A stretch of 64,000 bases of DNA from Minisyncoccota bacterium. Lineage in GTDB: Bacteria > Patescibacteriota > Minisyncoccia > Phycocordibacterales > UBA9973. Position numbers and translations under genes: made by a program. Location of the stretch: positions 3,208 through 67,207 of the forward strand of contig DATDWM010000017.1 in the NCBI GenBank assembly GCA_036517375.1, in the 5' to 3' direction. Position 1 is the stretch's first letter; each line of letters begins with the position of its first letter. Positions 47,715 through 59,392 of this stretch are shown piece by piece. The notes under the pieces are model-generated. The model was not told the DNA's origin. It worked only from the letters and a program-made list of their open reading frames with translations, and did not search any database.

Positions 47715-47777
47715 TATTTCGATGTCGCTCGGACATTACGCAAATAAATTTGCGCATGCTTCTCGCTAATCGAAATA
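47715..47777. repeat. Nested palindromic element between convergent dsbA and rpoD
   Basis: tatttcgat...atcgaaata outer arms and cgcaaat-aa-atttgcg inner hairpin; overlaps the rpoD stop. Confidence 0.55.
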
Positions 47778-48989
47778 ATTCTTTAACCTTGAGATTTTGT
47801 CATGACTGCGAAGCTTTTCGTGCACTTTGGCTTCAATCTGACGAATACGTTCACGAGTGACGCCGAACTCTTCCCCTACACGCTCTAGGGTGTGCTGAAT
47901 GCCGTCGAGTAATCCATAGCGCATCTCTAGAATCTTGCGCTCTTTGGGATTAAGCTCATCTAAGACTTCCCTGATTTGATCCGACAGAATGCGACGAGAA
48001 GACTCCTGGTCCGGACGCAGGATTTTATCATCCGGAATAAAGTTCTCGAGAGTAGACTTGTCGTCATCGTCCCCCACCGGCTGTTCTAAGGAAACTGTTT
48101 CTTGGGAAATATTTTCAATGATGTGAATTTTCTCCACCGGTATACCCATCTCAGTGGCTATCTCTTCCGCTAATGGCTCACGTCCCAAATCCTGAGAGAG
48201 TTTACGGTGAGTTTGTTTATACTTTGAAATAGTCTCTACCATGTGCACCGGTATACGGATTGTTCGAGACTGGTCGGCTAGCGCGCGAGTAATAGACTGA
48301 CGGATCCACCAGGTCGCATAGGTAGAGAATTTAAATCCCCGATTCCAGTCGAACTTTTCCACCGCCTTGAATAACCCTAGGTTACCTTCTTGAATTAAGT
48401 CGAGAAGGGTCAAGTTGGCACTGCGGCCCACGTATTTCTTGGCAATAGAAACAACCAAGCGCAAGTTTGCCCGAGCGAGCAAATTCTTCGCTTCTAAATC
48501 CCCTTGTTCGATGCGCTTAGCCAAATCCTTTTCGTCACTCGCATGGATAAGAGGATATTGTCCTATCTCCTTCAAATACATTTGAATGGAGTCATACATG
48601 CCAGACTTATTTAAGTCTTTATCGGTGCCCTCCACATCAAGGTCAAGCAAGTTTCCACCTTCGAGCACGTCAATGCCTGCAACTGCCAACTTTTCATAGA
48701 GCTCGTCGAGAAAGAAAATATTATTTTCAATATCCGGGAAAGTTTTTAAAATCTCGTCATAAGTAACGAATCGACGCTTACGCCCCTTTTCAATCAGCAA
48801 GTTGGATAAACGGTCTAAGGTTTCCTTTTTCTTTTCGGCCACTGTTAGCTTCTTTGCCACAGGAGCAGTCTTCTTCGGAGACTTACTCTTTATAACTTTA
48901 GATTTTTTGACCTTCTTTTTCACCACTCCATGCGGCTTGGATACTTTTGCTTTTTTATGTAATTTTTTGTTTTTTGTTTTTTTCTTCAT
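47766..48989 (-). CDS. rpoD: Primary sigma factor RpoD/SigA
   Basis: [44 protein letters not shown]. Confidence 0.97.
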   Translation of the reverse strand: MKKKTKNKKLHKKAKVSKPHGVVKKKVKKSKVIKSKSPKKTAPVAKKLTVAEKKKETLDRLSNLLIEKGRKRRFVTYDEILKTFPDIENNIFFLDELYEKLAVAGIDVLEGGNLLDLDVEGTDKDLNKSGMYDSIQMYLKEIGQYPLIHASDEKDLAKRIEQGDLEAKNLLARANLRLVVSIAKKYVGRSANLTLLDLIQEGNLGLFKAVEKFDWNRGFKFSTYATWWIRQSITRALADQSRTIRIPVHMVETISKYKQTHRKLSQDLGREPLAEEIATEMGIPVEKIHIIENISQETVSLEQPVGDDDDKSTLENFIPDDKILRPDQESSRRILSDQIREVLDELNPKERKILEMRYGLLDGIQHTLERVGEEFGVTRERIRQIEAKVHEKLRSHDKISRLKNYFD

Positions 48990-49008
48990 TTTTCTTAATT
49001 TTATTTTG

Positions 49009-50754
49009 TTACTTTAGACGACTATTTTTAATATTTTGTATCAAATCATTTATTTCTTTTATCTCTTTTAAAATCTGGGGTGATTTATTAAATTCTTTCT
49101 TCTCTTCAGCCGTATAAAGCTCCTTCATCTTACACCCTAGGGCTTCTTTCAGATATTCTTCTCGGAGGTTATCTAGCATCTCCTGTACATCCTTCTCTAG
49201 ATTCCCATCCGCTCCATAGAAAACTTCCGCCTCATAAATCAAATCCTCCTTGGCGGTATCGGTCTTCTTGAGCACTTCTTCCTCGCTAGTATCAAGAATT
49301 AGAGCTATATCTTTTAAAATTTGAGCCGAATTAATCTTTTGTTCCTTGAGAGTCTTCTGCCATAAAATAATTCCCAGGAGCTTGCGGATAATATAATCTT
49401 TTCGAAATACTTGCCCCGAGGCTAAGGCCTTAGCACTTACTTCAGTCTTTTCATATTTTAATTCTTGTTCAACTTTTTTCAAATCATCCCCCAAGGCGGA
49501 CTCCGGTATCCCCGAACGGTCACTAATCTTTTTTATAAAATGCATCTTCTCGATAGAGCTCTCGAGAGCCGAGATGAAGGGAAGAATTTTATCTTTTATT
49601 TCTCTTCCCACCTTGCGCGAATCCTCAGTTGATCTCAGAACTTTTTCTAAAAGAAACTCTATGATGTGTTTCGACTTCTTCACTGCTTCCTTCCAAGCAG
49701 GTACCCCTTCTTTAGAAATTAAATCCGCCGGATCCACCCCCTCCGGCATGTCAGCCACCTTTACATCCATACCCAAAGAAAGCGCGATTCTACCGGCTCT
49801 TAGGCTCGCATTGAGCCCCGCCTTATCCCCATCAAAGGCAAGCACTAGATTGTCAGATAAGCGCCGTATGAGCCCCAGATTGCTCACAGTGCTGTCCTTG
49901 GTCTCCGTAGAGTCTGCTAAGGCTGTACCTGAGGTAGCCACCGTGTTGCGGTAGCCCGCCTGATGAGAGAGAATTAGGTCCATCTGTCCTTCTACTAGAA
50001 TAGAAAAGTTATTCTTACGGATAGAATCTTTCGCACGGTCGAGACCATAGAGCACGGAGGACTTACTAAAAATGGGTGTCTCGGGACTGTTTAAGTATTT
50101 CGCAGACTTTCCGTCGTCTACGAAAATTCTTCCAGAGAAAGCAATAATCCGGCCACTCGAGTCCGCAATTGGAAACATTACTCGGCCGCGAAATCTATCG
50201 TAAAAACCTTTTTCACTTTTCTTAACTAATCCTGCTTTTTCTAACTCTATATCTGTAAACCCGCCCTTCTTCAGATAATCATAGAGCTTGCGCCAGTCAT
50301 TGTGAGCAAAGCCTATTCGAAAGTCTGAGATGGTGTTAGCCTCAAGTCCGCGAGCCTTCAGGTACTCTTGTACTTCCCTGTTTCCTTCTAAGTTCTTAGA
50401 AAAATATAACGCCGACTCTTCCATCGCTCTGTATAATTTCTCCTTTTCATTTTCTTCCTCTTTGTTCTGGTACTCCAGGGTAACTCCAGCACGGCTTGCT
50501 AAAAGTTTAAGCGCTCCCTTGAAATCCAAGCCCTCGAATTCTTCCACGAAAGTAAAAATGTCTCCTGAAGCGGAACAACCGAAACAATAATAACTCTCCC
50601 GCCCGGGCGAAACGAAGAACGAAGGCGTCTTTTCGTTGTGAAATGGACACCTAGCGCGAAAGTTGGCGCCGGATCGTTCTAGCTTTATGTAAGAAGAGAC
50701 AACATCTTCGATTGAAAGTCTCTCCTTTATTTTTAGAACGGGAGAGTTGTTCAT
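49009..50754 (-). CDS. dnaG: DNA primase
   Basis: [11 protein letters not shown] Zn finger, [27 protein letters not shown]. Confidence 0.97.
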   Translation of the reverse strand: MNNSPVLKIKERLSIEDVVSSYIKLERSGANFRARCPFHNEKTPSFFVSPGRESYYCFGCSASGDIFTFVEEFEGLDFKGALKLLASRAGVTLEYQNKEEENEKEKLYRAMEESALYFSKNLEGNREVQEYLKARGLEANTISDFRIGFAHNDWRKLYDYLKKGGFTDIELEKAGLVKKSEKGFYDRFRGRVMFPIADSSGRIIAFSGRIFVDDGKSAKYLNSPETPIFSKSSVLYGLDRAKDSIRKNNFSILVEGQMDLILSHQAGYRNTVATSGTALADSTETKDSTVSNLGLIRRLSDNLVLAFDGDKAGLNASLRAGRIALSLGMDVKVADMPEGVDPADLISKEGVPAWKEAVKKSKHIIEFLLEKVLRSTEDSRKVGREIKDKILPFISALESSIEKMHFIKKISDRSGIPESALGDDLKKVEQELKYEKTEVSAKALASGQVFRKDYIIRKLLGIILWQKTLKEQKINSAQILKDIALILDTSEEEVLKKTDTAKEDLIYEAEVFYGADGNLEKDVQEMLDNLREEYLKEALGCKMKELYTAEEKKEFNKSPQILKEIKEINDLIQNIKNSRLK

Positions 50755-50762
50755 AAATATAT

Positions 50763-53700
50763 TTATTCTTCTGAACCCTTTTCGCCCGAGACGAATCCGC
50801 CCTTGGAGGAAAATCCGGTTCCTGCCGGAATGAGTCGTCCGATAATAACGTTTTCCTTGAGTCCGCGGAGAGAGTCCACTCCGCCCTTGATTGCATTCTC
50901 GATTAAGATACGGTTCGTGTTCTGAAATGAAGCAGCGGAAAGCCAGGACTTGGTTCGGAGGGACACTTCCGTAATACCGAGCACGACTGTCTCCGCCTTA
51001 GCTTCTTTACCTCCAGATTTTACCACTCGAACGTTTTCTTCAATGAACGCAGTGTTTTCCACAATATCTCCGATCGAGAAGTTCGTTTCACCGGCATCTT
51101 TTACTTTACGCCTAGAGAACATCTGGCGAACAATTATTTCTATGTGCTTTCTAGAAATCGAAGCACTTTGCAATTCGTAAACTTTGTTGATTTCCGCAAT
51201 GATATACTCTTCCACTAATTCCTTACCGCCGAATTTAAAGATCGAAGCGATGTCTGCGGATCCGTCCGTTAGGAGCTGTCCTCTGTGAACGCGGTCTCCG
51301 GACTTCACGAATGGCACACGACGAAACGGAACAATGTATGCAACTTCATTTGCCTTGCCGTCGAGCTTGGTGTCGGAAAGCACTTTAATTATTTTTTCTT
51401 TTCCATCTTTGTCAGTCACGGAGATGACTTCACCATCTGTTTCAGATATTATTGCCGGGTTCTTAGGAATTCTTCTTTCAAATATTTCTTCAACACGAGG
51501 TAGACCCGTAGTAATGTCAGTACCTGCCACCCCTCCGGCGTGAAAAGTACGAAGTGTAAGCTGAGTACCCGGCTCACCTATAGCTTGCGCCGCGATGATA
51601 CCTACCGCCTCACCTTCTTTTACTAAATGATTTCTACCCAAGTCTAGTCCGTAACAACTTACACAAATTCCATGAACAGTGTGGCAAGTAAGTGGTGAAC
51701 GAACAAATACTTCCGTGAATCCGGCCGCCTCAATAGCATAAGCTTCTTCCTTGGTAACCAGGAATCCTTTCTTGTAGGCAACTTTCCCGTCTTTGTCTTT
51801 CAAGTCTCCAGCTAATATCCGACCCCGGATATTCTTAGAAAGTGGAATTTCTATACCAGAAATATTTTCCTTAGTTACTACCTTGCCTTCCTTGGTTCCA
51901 CAATCCTCTTCAGTCACCACCACGTCCTGAGCCACGTCAACGAGTCTCCGAGTTAGGTATCCGGCCTTAGCAGTGTTAAGCGCCGTATCAGACGCACCCT
52001 TACGCGCACCGTGAGTAGTCACGAAGTACTCAATTGGGGAAAGTCCTTCTTGATATGAAGGAATAATCGGGAATTCTAAAGTTCTACCTTGGTTGTTTTG
52101 GATAAGTCCTTTCATCCCACTCATCTGAGTAAGCTGACCCATTGATCCACGGGCTCCAGAAGTAAATATGTCATAAGCAGAACCATTTTTATCTAACGCA
52201 CCTGGTAAAACTTTCTCCAAATCTTTTTTAGCATGAGTCCAGATTTCAATAATTTTCTGATATCGTTCTTCTTGTGAGAGTAATCCGTCTTTCCATTCAG
52301 AAATTACTTGCTCCTCAAGTTTCCTGCCCATAGCTATAATTTTTGGTTTTTCTATCGGTACTTTTACGTTATCTAATCCCCAGGTTGTACCGGATACTGT
52401 CGAATACTTAAATCCGAATTCTTTTATCTTGTCTAGAATTGGAGGCGTACTGTCGATACCATAAGACATAATAAGCTCGTCCACTAATGAAGACATTCTT
52501 TTTTGCGTCATTTCATCGTTCACGTAAGAGAAATCGTTCGGCAAGATACTGTTGAATAGAAGTTTCCCCACTGAAGTTTCGAAAATATTACCATCGAACT
52601 TTTTGTATTTTGGAGTATCAGTTGCTAGAACTTTTATTTTAGCGCGGAGAGAAACAACCCCGTATTCATATGCAGTAATCGCAGTGTTTGGATTAGGGAA
52701 ATGTTTTCCCTCTCCAATTTCTTCATCTGATGATTTAGTCATCCAAAAAGACCCTAGCACTATGTCCTTACTTGGATTTACTATAGGATCACCATTTTGT
52801 GGCTTGAGCAAGTTCTTGTTGGAAGCCATGAGCTCTCGAGCTTCAGCTTGTGCTTCATCTAGAAGAGGTACGTATACGGCCATCTGGTCTCCATCGAAGT
52901 CCGCGTTGAAAGCAGTACAAACAAGTGGATGCACCTGAATAGCGTTTCCTTCGATAAGAATAGGGTTGAAAGCTTGAATACCGAGACGGTGAAGGGTTGG
53001 CGCACGGTTTAGAAGCACGTACTTACCTTGGATCACCTCTTCGAGCATGGCCCAGACTTCGGGGGTACGCTCTTCGATAAGTTTATTTGCGCCACGGATG
53101 TTGAACGCGAGTTCCGCTTGCAGAATTTTAGAAATAACGAACGGTCGGAAAAGTTCCAAGGCCATATGCTTTGGGAGTCCACATTGGTTAAGCTTGAGCT
53201 GAGGACCAACGACGATAACCGAACGTCCGGAATAGTCCACACGCTTACCGAGCAAGTTCTGACGGAATAGTCCTTGCTTGGATTTCAAATTATCTGATAG
53301 AGATTTAAGCGGACGCTTCTGAGACTGACTCATAGCGGCAGAATCATTCTGCTTAGCGATAGAGTTATCTATAAGCGCATCCACAGCTTCCTGAATAATT
53401 CTTTTTTCATTTCTCAATATTACGTCTGGAGCATTTATTTCTTTAAGCTTTCTTAGACGATTGTTTCTATTTATCACTCGACGATACAGGTCGTTTAGAT
53501 CACTGGTTGCATGACGTCCACCATCTAGCGCCACCATCGGACGAAGTACTGGAGGAATAACCGGAATCACGGTTAAGAACATCCATTCTGGACGAATAGA
53601 TGCGTAGTTCATAGCACGAATGAGAGATAGCCTCTTTTGCAACTTCTCTTTCTCGACAGCACTCGCCTTTACAAGCATAGCTTCCGTGAGAGTTTTTAAT

Positions 53701-54386
53701 TTATTTAGGTCAAGATTTTTGAAAATAGAATAGATGGCTTCGGCTCCGATGTTAGCTTCGAAACAAGTGCCGTACTTGAGGGAATAATGATGGAAGGATA
53801 TTTCATTCAAAACTTTTCCCTCGTAAATCTCACCTATTTCTTTCTTGGTGATGGATAGCAAGTTTTTAAGTCTCTCTCGAGTTTCTTCATCTGGAACATT
53901 TTTAAGCTTAGCTTTATACTCTTTGTCTAAATTTTCTATCACGCTTGCCTTTTCCTCCTCGTGAACCCTAGTAATGATGTACCCGGCAAAGTAGATAACC
54001 TTCTCCAAGTCGGAAACTGAAATATTGAGCAAGATACTCATACGAGAAGGTACTCCACGGAGGAACCAAATATGGGAAACAGGAGTAGAGAGTTCGATGT
54101 GGCCCATGCGCTCTCGCCGCACAATAGAGCGAGTTACTTCCACTCCACACTTTTCACAGATTATATCTTTGTAACGAATCCTTCGGTATTTACCGCAGTA
54201 GCACTCATAATCCTTTTCTGGTCCGAATATTTTCTCGTCAAAGAGTCCTCCACGCTCGGACCTGCCGGTGCGGTAGTTTATAGTTTCGGGCTTGGTAACT
54301 TCTCCGTAAGACCATTCCTTTATTTGCTCAGGAGAAGCCAGACGTAGGGTGATGTGATCAAATTCAGTTATATTTAATGTTTTCAT
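50763..54386 (-). CDS. rpoC: RNA polymerase beta' subunit
   Basis: [27 protein letters not shown]. Confidence 0.99.
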   Translation of the reverse strand: MKTLNITEFDHITLRLASPEQIKEWSYGEVTKPETINYRTGRSERGGLFDEKIFGPEKDYECYCGKYRRIRYKDIICEKCGVEVTRSIVRRERMGHIELSTPVSHIWFLRGVPSRMSILLNISVSDLEKVIYFAGYIITRVHEEEKASVIENLDKEYKAKLKNVPDEETRERLKNLLSITKKEIGEIYEGKVLNEISFHHYSLKYGTCFEANIGAEAIYSIFKNLDLNKLKTLTEAMLVKASAVEKEKLQKRLSLIRAMNYASIRPEWMFLTVIPVIPPVLRPMVALDGGRHATSDLNDLYRRVINRNNRLRKLKEINAPDVILRNEKRIIQEAVDALIDNSIAKQNDSAAMSQSQKRPLKSLSDNLKSKQGLFRQNLLGKRVDYSGRSVIVVGPQLKLNQCGLPKHMALELFRPFVISKILQAELAFNIRGANKLIEERTPEVWAMLEEVIQGKYVLLNRAPTLHRLGIQAFNPILIEGNAIQVHPLVCTAFNADFDGDQMAVYVPLLDEAQAEARELMASNKNLLKPQNGDPIVNPSKDIVLGSFWMTKSSDEEIGEGKHFPNPNTAITAYEYGVVSLRAKIKVLATDTPKYKKFDGNIFETSVGKLLFNSILPNDFSYVNDEMTQKRMSSLVDELIMSYGIDSTPPILDKIKEFGFKYSTVSGTTWGLDNVKVPIEKPKIIAMGRKLEEQVISEWKDGLLSQEERYQKIIEIWTHAKKDLEKVLPGALDKNGSAYDIFTSGARGSMGQLTQMSGMKGLIQNNQGRTLEFPIIPSYQEGLSPIEYFVTTHGARKGASDTALNTAKAGYLTRRLVDVAQDVVVTEEDCGTKEGKVVTKENISGIEIPLSKNIRGRILAGDLKDKDGKVAYKKGFLVTKEEAYAIEAAGFTEVFVRSPLTCHTVHGICVSCYGLDLGRNHLVKEGEAVGIIAAQAIGEPGTQLTLRTFHAGGVAGTDITTGLPRVEEIFERRIPKNPAIISETDGEVISVTDKDGKEKIIKVLSDTKLDGKANEVAYIVPFRRVPFVKSGDRVHRGQLLTDGSADIASIFKFGGKELVEEYIIAEINKVYELQSASISRKHIEIIVRQMFSRRKVKDAGETNFSIGDIVENTAFIEENVRVVKSGGKEAKAETVVLGITEVSLRTKSWLSAASFQNTNRILIENAIKGGVDSLRGLKENVIIGRLIPAGTGFSSKGGFVSGEKGSEE

Positions 54387-54425
54387 ATGTTTTGCTTATT
54401 ATTTCTTAATTATTTTCTTGTATTT

Positions 54426-57400
54426 TTAATTTTCTTCTATTTCTTTAGATGTATATTTTTTTAAATTTACATCTAAGGCTAGACCTCTTAAATAGTTAAG
54501 CAAGACATTGAATGATGCGGGAGAGTTAGGTGATCGAATTTTCTCGCTTTTGATAATAGAATCAAATGTGGCTGAACGCCCTAGGATGTCGTCGGACTTG
54601 ATAGTAAGCATTTCGCGTAGGGTGTAAGCCGCACCGTACCCTTCGAGTGCCCACACTTCCATCTCTCCGAATCTCTGTCCTCCACCTTGAGCTTTACCGC
54701 CCAATGGCTGTTGAGTAATGAGGGAGTAGGGACCAATAGAACGCATGTGTATCTTATCTTCCACCATGTGATGCAGTTTCAAGATATACATATAGCCCAC
54801 AGCGATGTCCTGTTCGAAGCTCTCCCCAGTGCGTCCGTCAAAGAGCTTCATCTTACCACTCTCTGGAAGCCCGGCTTTTTTTAACTCTTCTTTTATCTCT
54901 TCGTGCTTAGCTCCTAAGAACGGAGGCACGATAGCTTGGTAGCCCAGAGTATTAGCCGCCATACCGAGATGGATTTCAAAAATTTGTCCCAAGTTCATAC
55001 GCGATGGAACTCCGAGCGGTGAAAGGATAAGGTCTATCGGTGTACCGTCAGCCATGTATGGCATATCTTCTTCTGGTAGCACAGTAGAAATAACTCCCTT
55101 GTTTCCATGACGTCCAGAGAGCTTGTCTCCGACTGAAATATTTCGGATCTGCGCAACTTCAATAACTATTTTCTTGATTATGCCGGCTTCGAGAGAATGC
55201 CCGAGGTCACGAGAAAATATCTTAACTCCCACAATGCGGCCACGCTTGCCGTGCTCCATACGTAGAGATGTGTCCTTCACATCACGCGCCTTCTCGGCAA
55301 AGATGGAACGAAGGAGTCTTTCTTCTGGAGTAAGTTCTGTCTCACCCTTAGGAGTGATTTTACCAACCAGAATATCGTTTTCTCTTACTTCCGCTCCGAT
55401 ACGCACGATACCGTCTTCATCTAGGTCTTTCAATTTAAGTTCCCCCACATTCGGAATGTCACGAGTAGTTATTTCGGGTCCAAGCTTGGTGTCGCGGACA
55501 GTACAAATAAATTCCTCCACATACACAGATGTAAATTTACTATTTTTTACTAATCTTTCAGAAATAATTATCGCATCCTCGTAAGTAGAACCAGACCAGG
55601 ACAAGAAGGCAACTAAAATATTCTGCCCGATGGAAATCTGCCCGCCTACAGTACTTGAAGTATCTGCTAAAACATCACCCTTCTTTACCTTGTCACCCAC
55701 ATTCACCGCTCCACGCTGATGGAATACGGAAAAGTTGTTGTTGCGGAGGAAGTTTACTAACGGATAAGTTTTTTCTTTATCTGATTTACCTTTGACTATT
55801 ACTTTCTTGCCGTCTACATAAGTAACTACTCCTTCTTCTTCGTTTAGCACCAAGCGGCCAGAATCCCGAGAAGCTAACTCTTCTATGCCTGTGGCAACTA
55901 GCGGCACTTCCGGCAACACGCAAGGCACTGCTTGCTTCTGCATGTTCGAGCCCATGAGTGCTCGGTTAGCATCATTGTGTTCTAGAAAAGGAATCATGGA
56001 AGTCGCCAAGGAGAAAGCTTGGTTCGCAGCTACGTCAATAAAGTCTACTTCCTCGCGTGGTATGGTGCCTGGCTCAGTCTTCACTCGAGCTTCTACTCGC
56101 TCTTCAGTTATTTTTCCATTCTCATCATAAGGAATGCCCGCGTGCGCAATGTTATACTTTTCTTCCTCAAGCGCGTTCAAGTAGACCATCTCTCCAGTGA
56201 TCTTTCCATTTTTAACTTTAATGTAGGGAGTTTCGATGATACCAAACTCGTTTAATTTGGAATAGGTTGCTAGGTGCACGATAAGCCCAATGTTCGGACC
56301 TTCTGGAGTATGGATCGGACAAACTCGGCCGTAGTGGGATGGATGCACGTCACGTACTTCAAGCCCCGCCCTCTCACGTGTAAGCCCTCCTGGTCCTAGG
56401 GCGGACAACAATCGAATATGCTCCATTTCCGCCAAGATATTTTCTTGGTTCATGAATTGGGAAAGCTGGTTGGTAGTGAAAAATTCTTTAATGCGAGCTT
56501 GTAGTGGGCGCTGATTTATTATCTGTATCGGCATCGCGGTCTGTACATCAATGATGGACATTCGGTCCTGAATATTTCTTTTGATCTGCATCATACCGGT
56601 GCGGATCTTTTGCTGTAAAATTTCTCCCACAAAGCGAACTCGGCGCTGACCTAAGTGGTCAATATCGTCTCCCTTGGCTCCTGGAGTACTGTTAAGGACA
56701 ATGATATTTGTAATCACAGTCATCAAGTCTTCTTTGGAAATAGTTCGGCGAGCAAGCTCTGCTTCGTCCATCGGCTTTTCGAATCTTTGATTAAATCGGA
56801 AACGTCCTACAGGAGATAGGTCATAACGCTCAGCGGTAAAAAGAGAGTTAATAAACTCTTTCGCATTCTCGGCAGTAGCCATGTCTCCATCCCTTAGCCT
56901 CTTGTATATTTCAATATATGTATCATTTAAACTCTTAACTCCATCCTTAGCGAGGCATGCCTTTATCACCTCTTCACACATAGGATTCTTGGAAAAAGCC
57001 TTTAGAATCTGCTCATTCGTCTCATAGCCCATCGCTCGAAGGAGGGCGGTAGCTGGAAATTTTCTCTTTTTGTCTATTCTTATATAAATTGCTCCATCTG
57101 CCTCAGACTCTATTTCAATCCAGACTCCGCGAGCTGGAATCATCTTCGCACCGAAATATCTTTTACCTTTGCTTTCAGATTCAGTAAAGAAAACTCCGAA
57201 GCTGCGAGCTAGCTGTGGTACGATGACGCGCTCCACGCCGTTTATGATGAAGGTTCCGTGCGGAGTCATTAGCGGCAAGTCGGACATAAATATTTCCTGT
57301 TCCTTAACTGTACCTAAAATTTTATTGGTTAACTTCACGCGTACCTTGAGCGCTCCCTGATATGAGAGTTTGTTTACCTTAGCATCGTTCTCATCTGTCT

Positions 57401-57614
57401 TAGACTCTCCCAAAGTAAAAGATGAAAACTCAAGTTGAAACTTTTTTCCTGAATAATCCGAAATTGGAGAAAATTCCTTAAAGACTTCCTTAATACCCTG
57501 CTCCACGAGCCAGTTGAAGGACTTGTTTTGAGCCTCTATTAAATTAGGAAAATCCACAAGAGGCTTCTTGTATCTTCCAAAATACTTCTTCGGACGCTTT
57601 TGTTCTGTTTGCAT
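54426..57614 (-). CDS. rpoB: RNA polymerase beta subunit
   Basis: GDKLSGRHGNKG, GGQRFGEME, HTPEGPNIG. Confidence 0.99.
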   Translation of the reverse strand: MQTEQKRPKKYFGRYKKPLVDFPNLIEAQNKSFNWLVEQGIKEVFKEFSPISDYSGKKFQLEFSSFTLGESKTDENDAKVNKLSYQGALKVRVKLTNKILGTVKEQEIFMSDLPLMTPHGTFIINGVERVIVPQLARSFGVFFTESESKGKRYFGAKMIPARGVWIEIESEADGAIYIRIDKKRKFPATALLRAMGYETNEQILKAFSKNPMCEEVIKACLAKDGVKSLNDTYIEIYKRLRDGDMATAENAKEFINSLFTAERYDLSPVGRFRFNQRFEKPMDEAELARRTISKEDLMTVITNIIVLNSTPGAKGDDIDHLGQRRVRFVGEILQQKIRTGMMQIKRNIQDRMSIIDVQTAMPIQIINQRPLQARIKEFFTTNQLSQFMNQENILAEMEHIRLLSALGPGGLTRERAGLEVRDVHPSHYGRVCPIHTPEGPNIGLIVHLATYSKLNEFGIIETPYIKVKNGKITGEMVYLNALEEEKYNIAHAGIPYDENGKITEERVEARVKTEPGTIPREEVDFIDVAANQAFSLATSMIPFLEHNDANRALMGSNMQKQAVPCVLPEVPLVATGIEELASRDSGRLVLNEEEGVVTYVDGKKVIVKGKSDKEKTYPLVNFLRNNNFSVFHQRGAVNVGDKVKKGDVLADTSSTVGGQISIGQNILVAFLSWSGSTYEDAIIISERLVKNSKFTSVYVEEFICTVRDTKLGPEITTRDIPNVGELKLKDLDEDGIVRIGAEVRENDILVGKITPKGETELTPEERLLRSIFAEKARDVKDTSLRMEHGKRGRIVGVKIFSRDLGHSLEAGIIKKIVIEVAQIRNISVGDKLSGRHGNKGVISTVLPEEDMPYMADGTPIDLILSPLGVPSRMNLGQIFEIHLGMAANTLGYQAIVPPFLGAKHEEIKEELKKAGLPESGKMKLFDGRTGESFEQDIAVGYMYILKLHHMVEDKIHMRSIGPYSLITQQPLGGKAQGGGQRFGEMEVWALEGYGAAYTLREMLTIKSDDILGRSATFDSIIKSEKIRSPNSPASFNVLLNYLRGLALDVNLKKYTSKEIEEN

Positions 57615-57821
57615 AGTTATTGCACTCAAATAAAGCAATAAAAAAACGAAAGAAAAACACAGGAAAAGATGCTTTTCTTTAGCTTCTTATAGGTTTATTT
57701 AGAATTATGATTAAGCTAACCCTAGTAATAAAACACTTTACACCGAGGATTGCATCCGATACTCAATCAATGAATCTAACGTAGTATACTCATATCTAAA
57801 CTTTTGTCAAATCTTGAGCTG

Positions 57822-58499
57822 TTAACTACTTCTCTGCTTCCACTCTTCAATCTTTTTATGATTGCCGGAAAGTAGAACTTTCGGCACTTTGTAATTTTTT
57901 GTTTTCTTGCCCCGTCCTCCTGGCGGGGTATATTTTAAAACTTCTGGACGCGTATAAAATTCACTACTTGATACCCTTTCTTCTTCTAAAGACTCATATT
58001 TACCCAGAACGCCTTTGATCTGGCGGGAAATGGAGTCAATAAGGACCATGGCTGGCAGTTCCCCTCCGGTAAGAACATAATCCCCGATCGAAATATCCTC
58101 TGCCTTTAAAATCTTTTTAACCCTAGCATCAATTCCTTCATACCGGCCGGAAATTAAAATGATATCAGTATATTTTTTGACTGATTCTTTAGCATAAGCA
58201 GTAGTAAATTTCTTGCCAGTGGGAGAAAAATTTATGATCTTGATTTTTTTGCCTTTTATTTTTTTTATAGCGGCTTCAACTGCCTTAAGGATGGGCTCGG
58301 CTCGCATAACCATGCCAGGTCCCCCGCCATAAGGCTTGTCATCCACCGGCTTGTAGTTACTTTTATTACCTTTGACGAAATCCCTAGGATTATAAAATTT
58401 TATTGCTATATGTTTATTCTTGATCGCTCGTCCAATAATAGACTCGTTTAAATATGAATCAAAGATGTCTGGAAAAATTGTAATAATATGAAAGCGCAC
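57822..58499 (-). CDS. trmD: tRNA (guanine-N1)-methyltransferase
   Basis: DDKPYGGGPGMV, GRYEGID, SIGDYVLTGGE. Confidence 0.97.
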   Translation of the reverse strand: MRFHIITIFPDIFDSYLNESIIGRAIKNKHIAIKFYNPRDFVKGNKSNYKPVDDKPYGGGPGMVMRAEPILKAVEAAIKKIKGKKIKIINFSPTGKKFTTAYAKESVKKYTDIILISGRYEGIDARVKKILKAEDISIGDYVLTGGELPAMVLIDSISRQIKGVLGKYESLEEERVSSSEFYTRPEVLKYTPPGGRGKKTKNYKVPKVLLSGNHKKIEEWKQRSS

Positions 58500-58505
58500 T
58501 TATCC

Positions 58506-58883
58506 TTATATTCCCTTCAAGTCCTCCATTGCTTCGTCTACTGTTTTAAGTGAGCTTGGGGCAGCGCCAGGAGAGCGCTCTCCAGCTGGCCTTGGGGGCA
58601 CCTGATTCATGTCATGCACTTCCTGCCTCATGCCTCCTTCCGGCTCGTTTATTTTTAAGTTAACTCGCGCGTTATTCTTCATACCGATGATGCGTAGGAG
58701 GGTTCGAATAGCCTTGGCAGTGTTACCCATGCGTCCGATAATTTTACCCATGTCTGCTGGATTTACAGTAAGTGTTATAAGCACACCCATTTCATCTACT
58801 GTTCTATCGATCTTCACATCATTCGGATTGTCCACCAGAGCCTTTACCACATATTCTAGAAATACTTTATCGTTGTCTTGCAT
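58506..58883 (-). CDS. khpA: KH-domain RNA-binding protein (KhpA)
   Basis: DMGKIIGRMGNTAKAIRT; canonical rpsP-khpA-trmD context. Confidence 0.9.
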   Translation of the reverse strand: MQDNDKVFLEYVVKALVDNPNDVKIDRTVDEMGVLITLTVNPADMGKIIGRMGNTAKAIRTLLRIIGMKNNARVNLKINEPEGGMRQEVHDMNQVPPRPAGERSPGAAPSSLKTVDEAMEDLKGI

Positions 58884-58994
58884 ATTATAAATATTTGTAA
58901 TCTTTTAATGTTCAGTCGTGCAGTATCGACATAACTGCTAAGTATATTGTACAGCACCTACCAGAGACAGGCAAGCTTGCCCGCCTCTGGCGGG

Positions 58995-59315
58995 TTATTT
59001 CTTAGCCTTTAGTTCCTTTCTTTTTTGGGTTGGCTTTTTCTTAGGAAGCACATTTACTTTCTTACCAGTTATTGCTTTTTCATGCACTAGAAAATTGTGC
59101 ATAGTGTCAGAAAGCTTAGCGCCCTTACTAATCCAGTACTTCATTCTCTCAGTCTCAAATTTAGTCTCTTTGTTTTTATCTTTTGCTTTTGGGTTGTAAG
59201 TACCTAGAATTTCCAAGAACCTGCCGCTCTTGGTGCTGTTTTTGGAATCGGTCAAAACTGCCCGAAACGCTGGGTCATTCTTCCTGCCTATTCTCTGCAA
59301 TCTGATTTTTAACAT
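58995..59315 (-). CDS. rpsP: 30S ribosomal protein S16
   Basis: MLKIRLQRIGRK, GRFLEILGTYNP, GAKLSDT. Confidence 0.96.
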   Translation of the reverse strand: MLKIRLQRIGRKNDPAFRAVLTDSKNSTKSGRFLEILGTYNPKAKDKNKETKFETERMKYWISKGAKLSDTMHNFLVHEKAITGKKVNVLPKKKPTQKRKELKAKK

Positions 59316-59392
59316 AGAAGCAGTCTAACACAAAGATTTTTAAAAGCAATACGCCGTAATGTATATTAAGCTTTTTGTGTTATATTAAAAGA

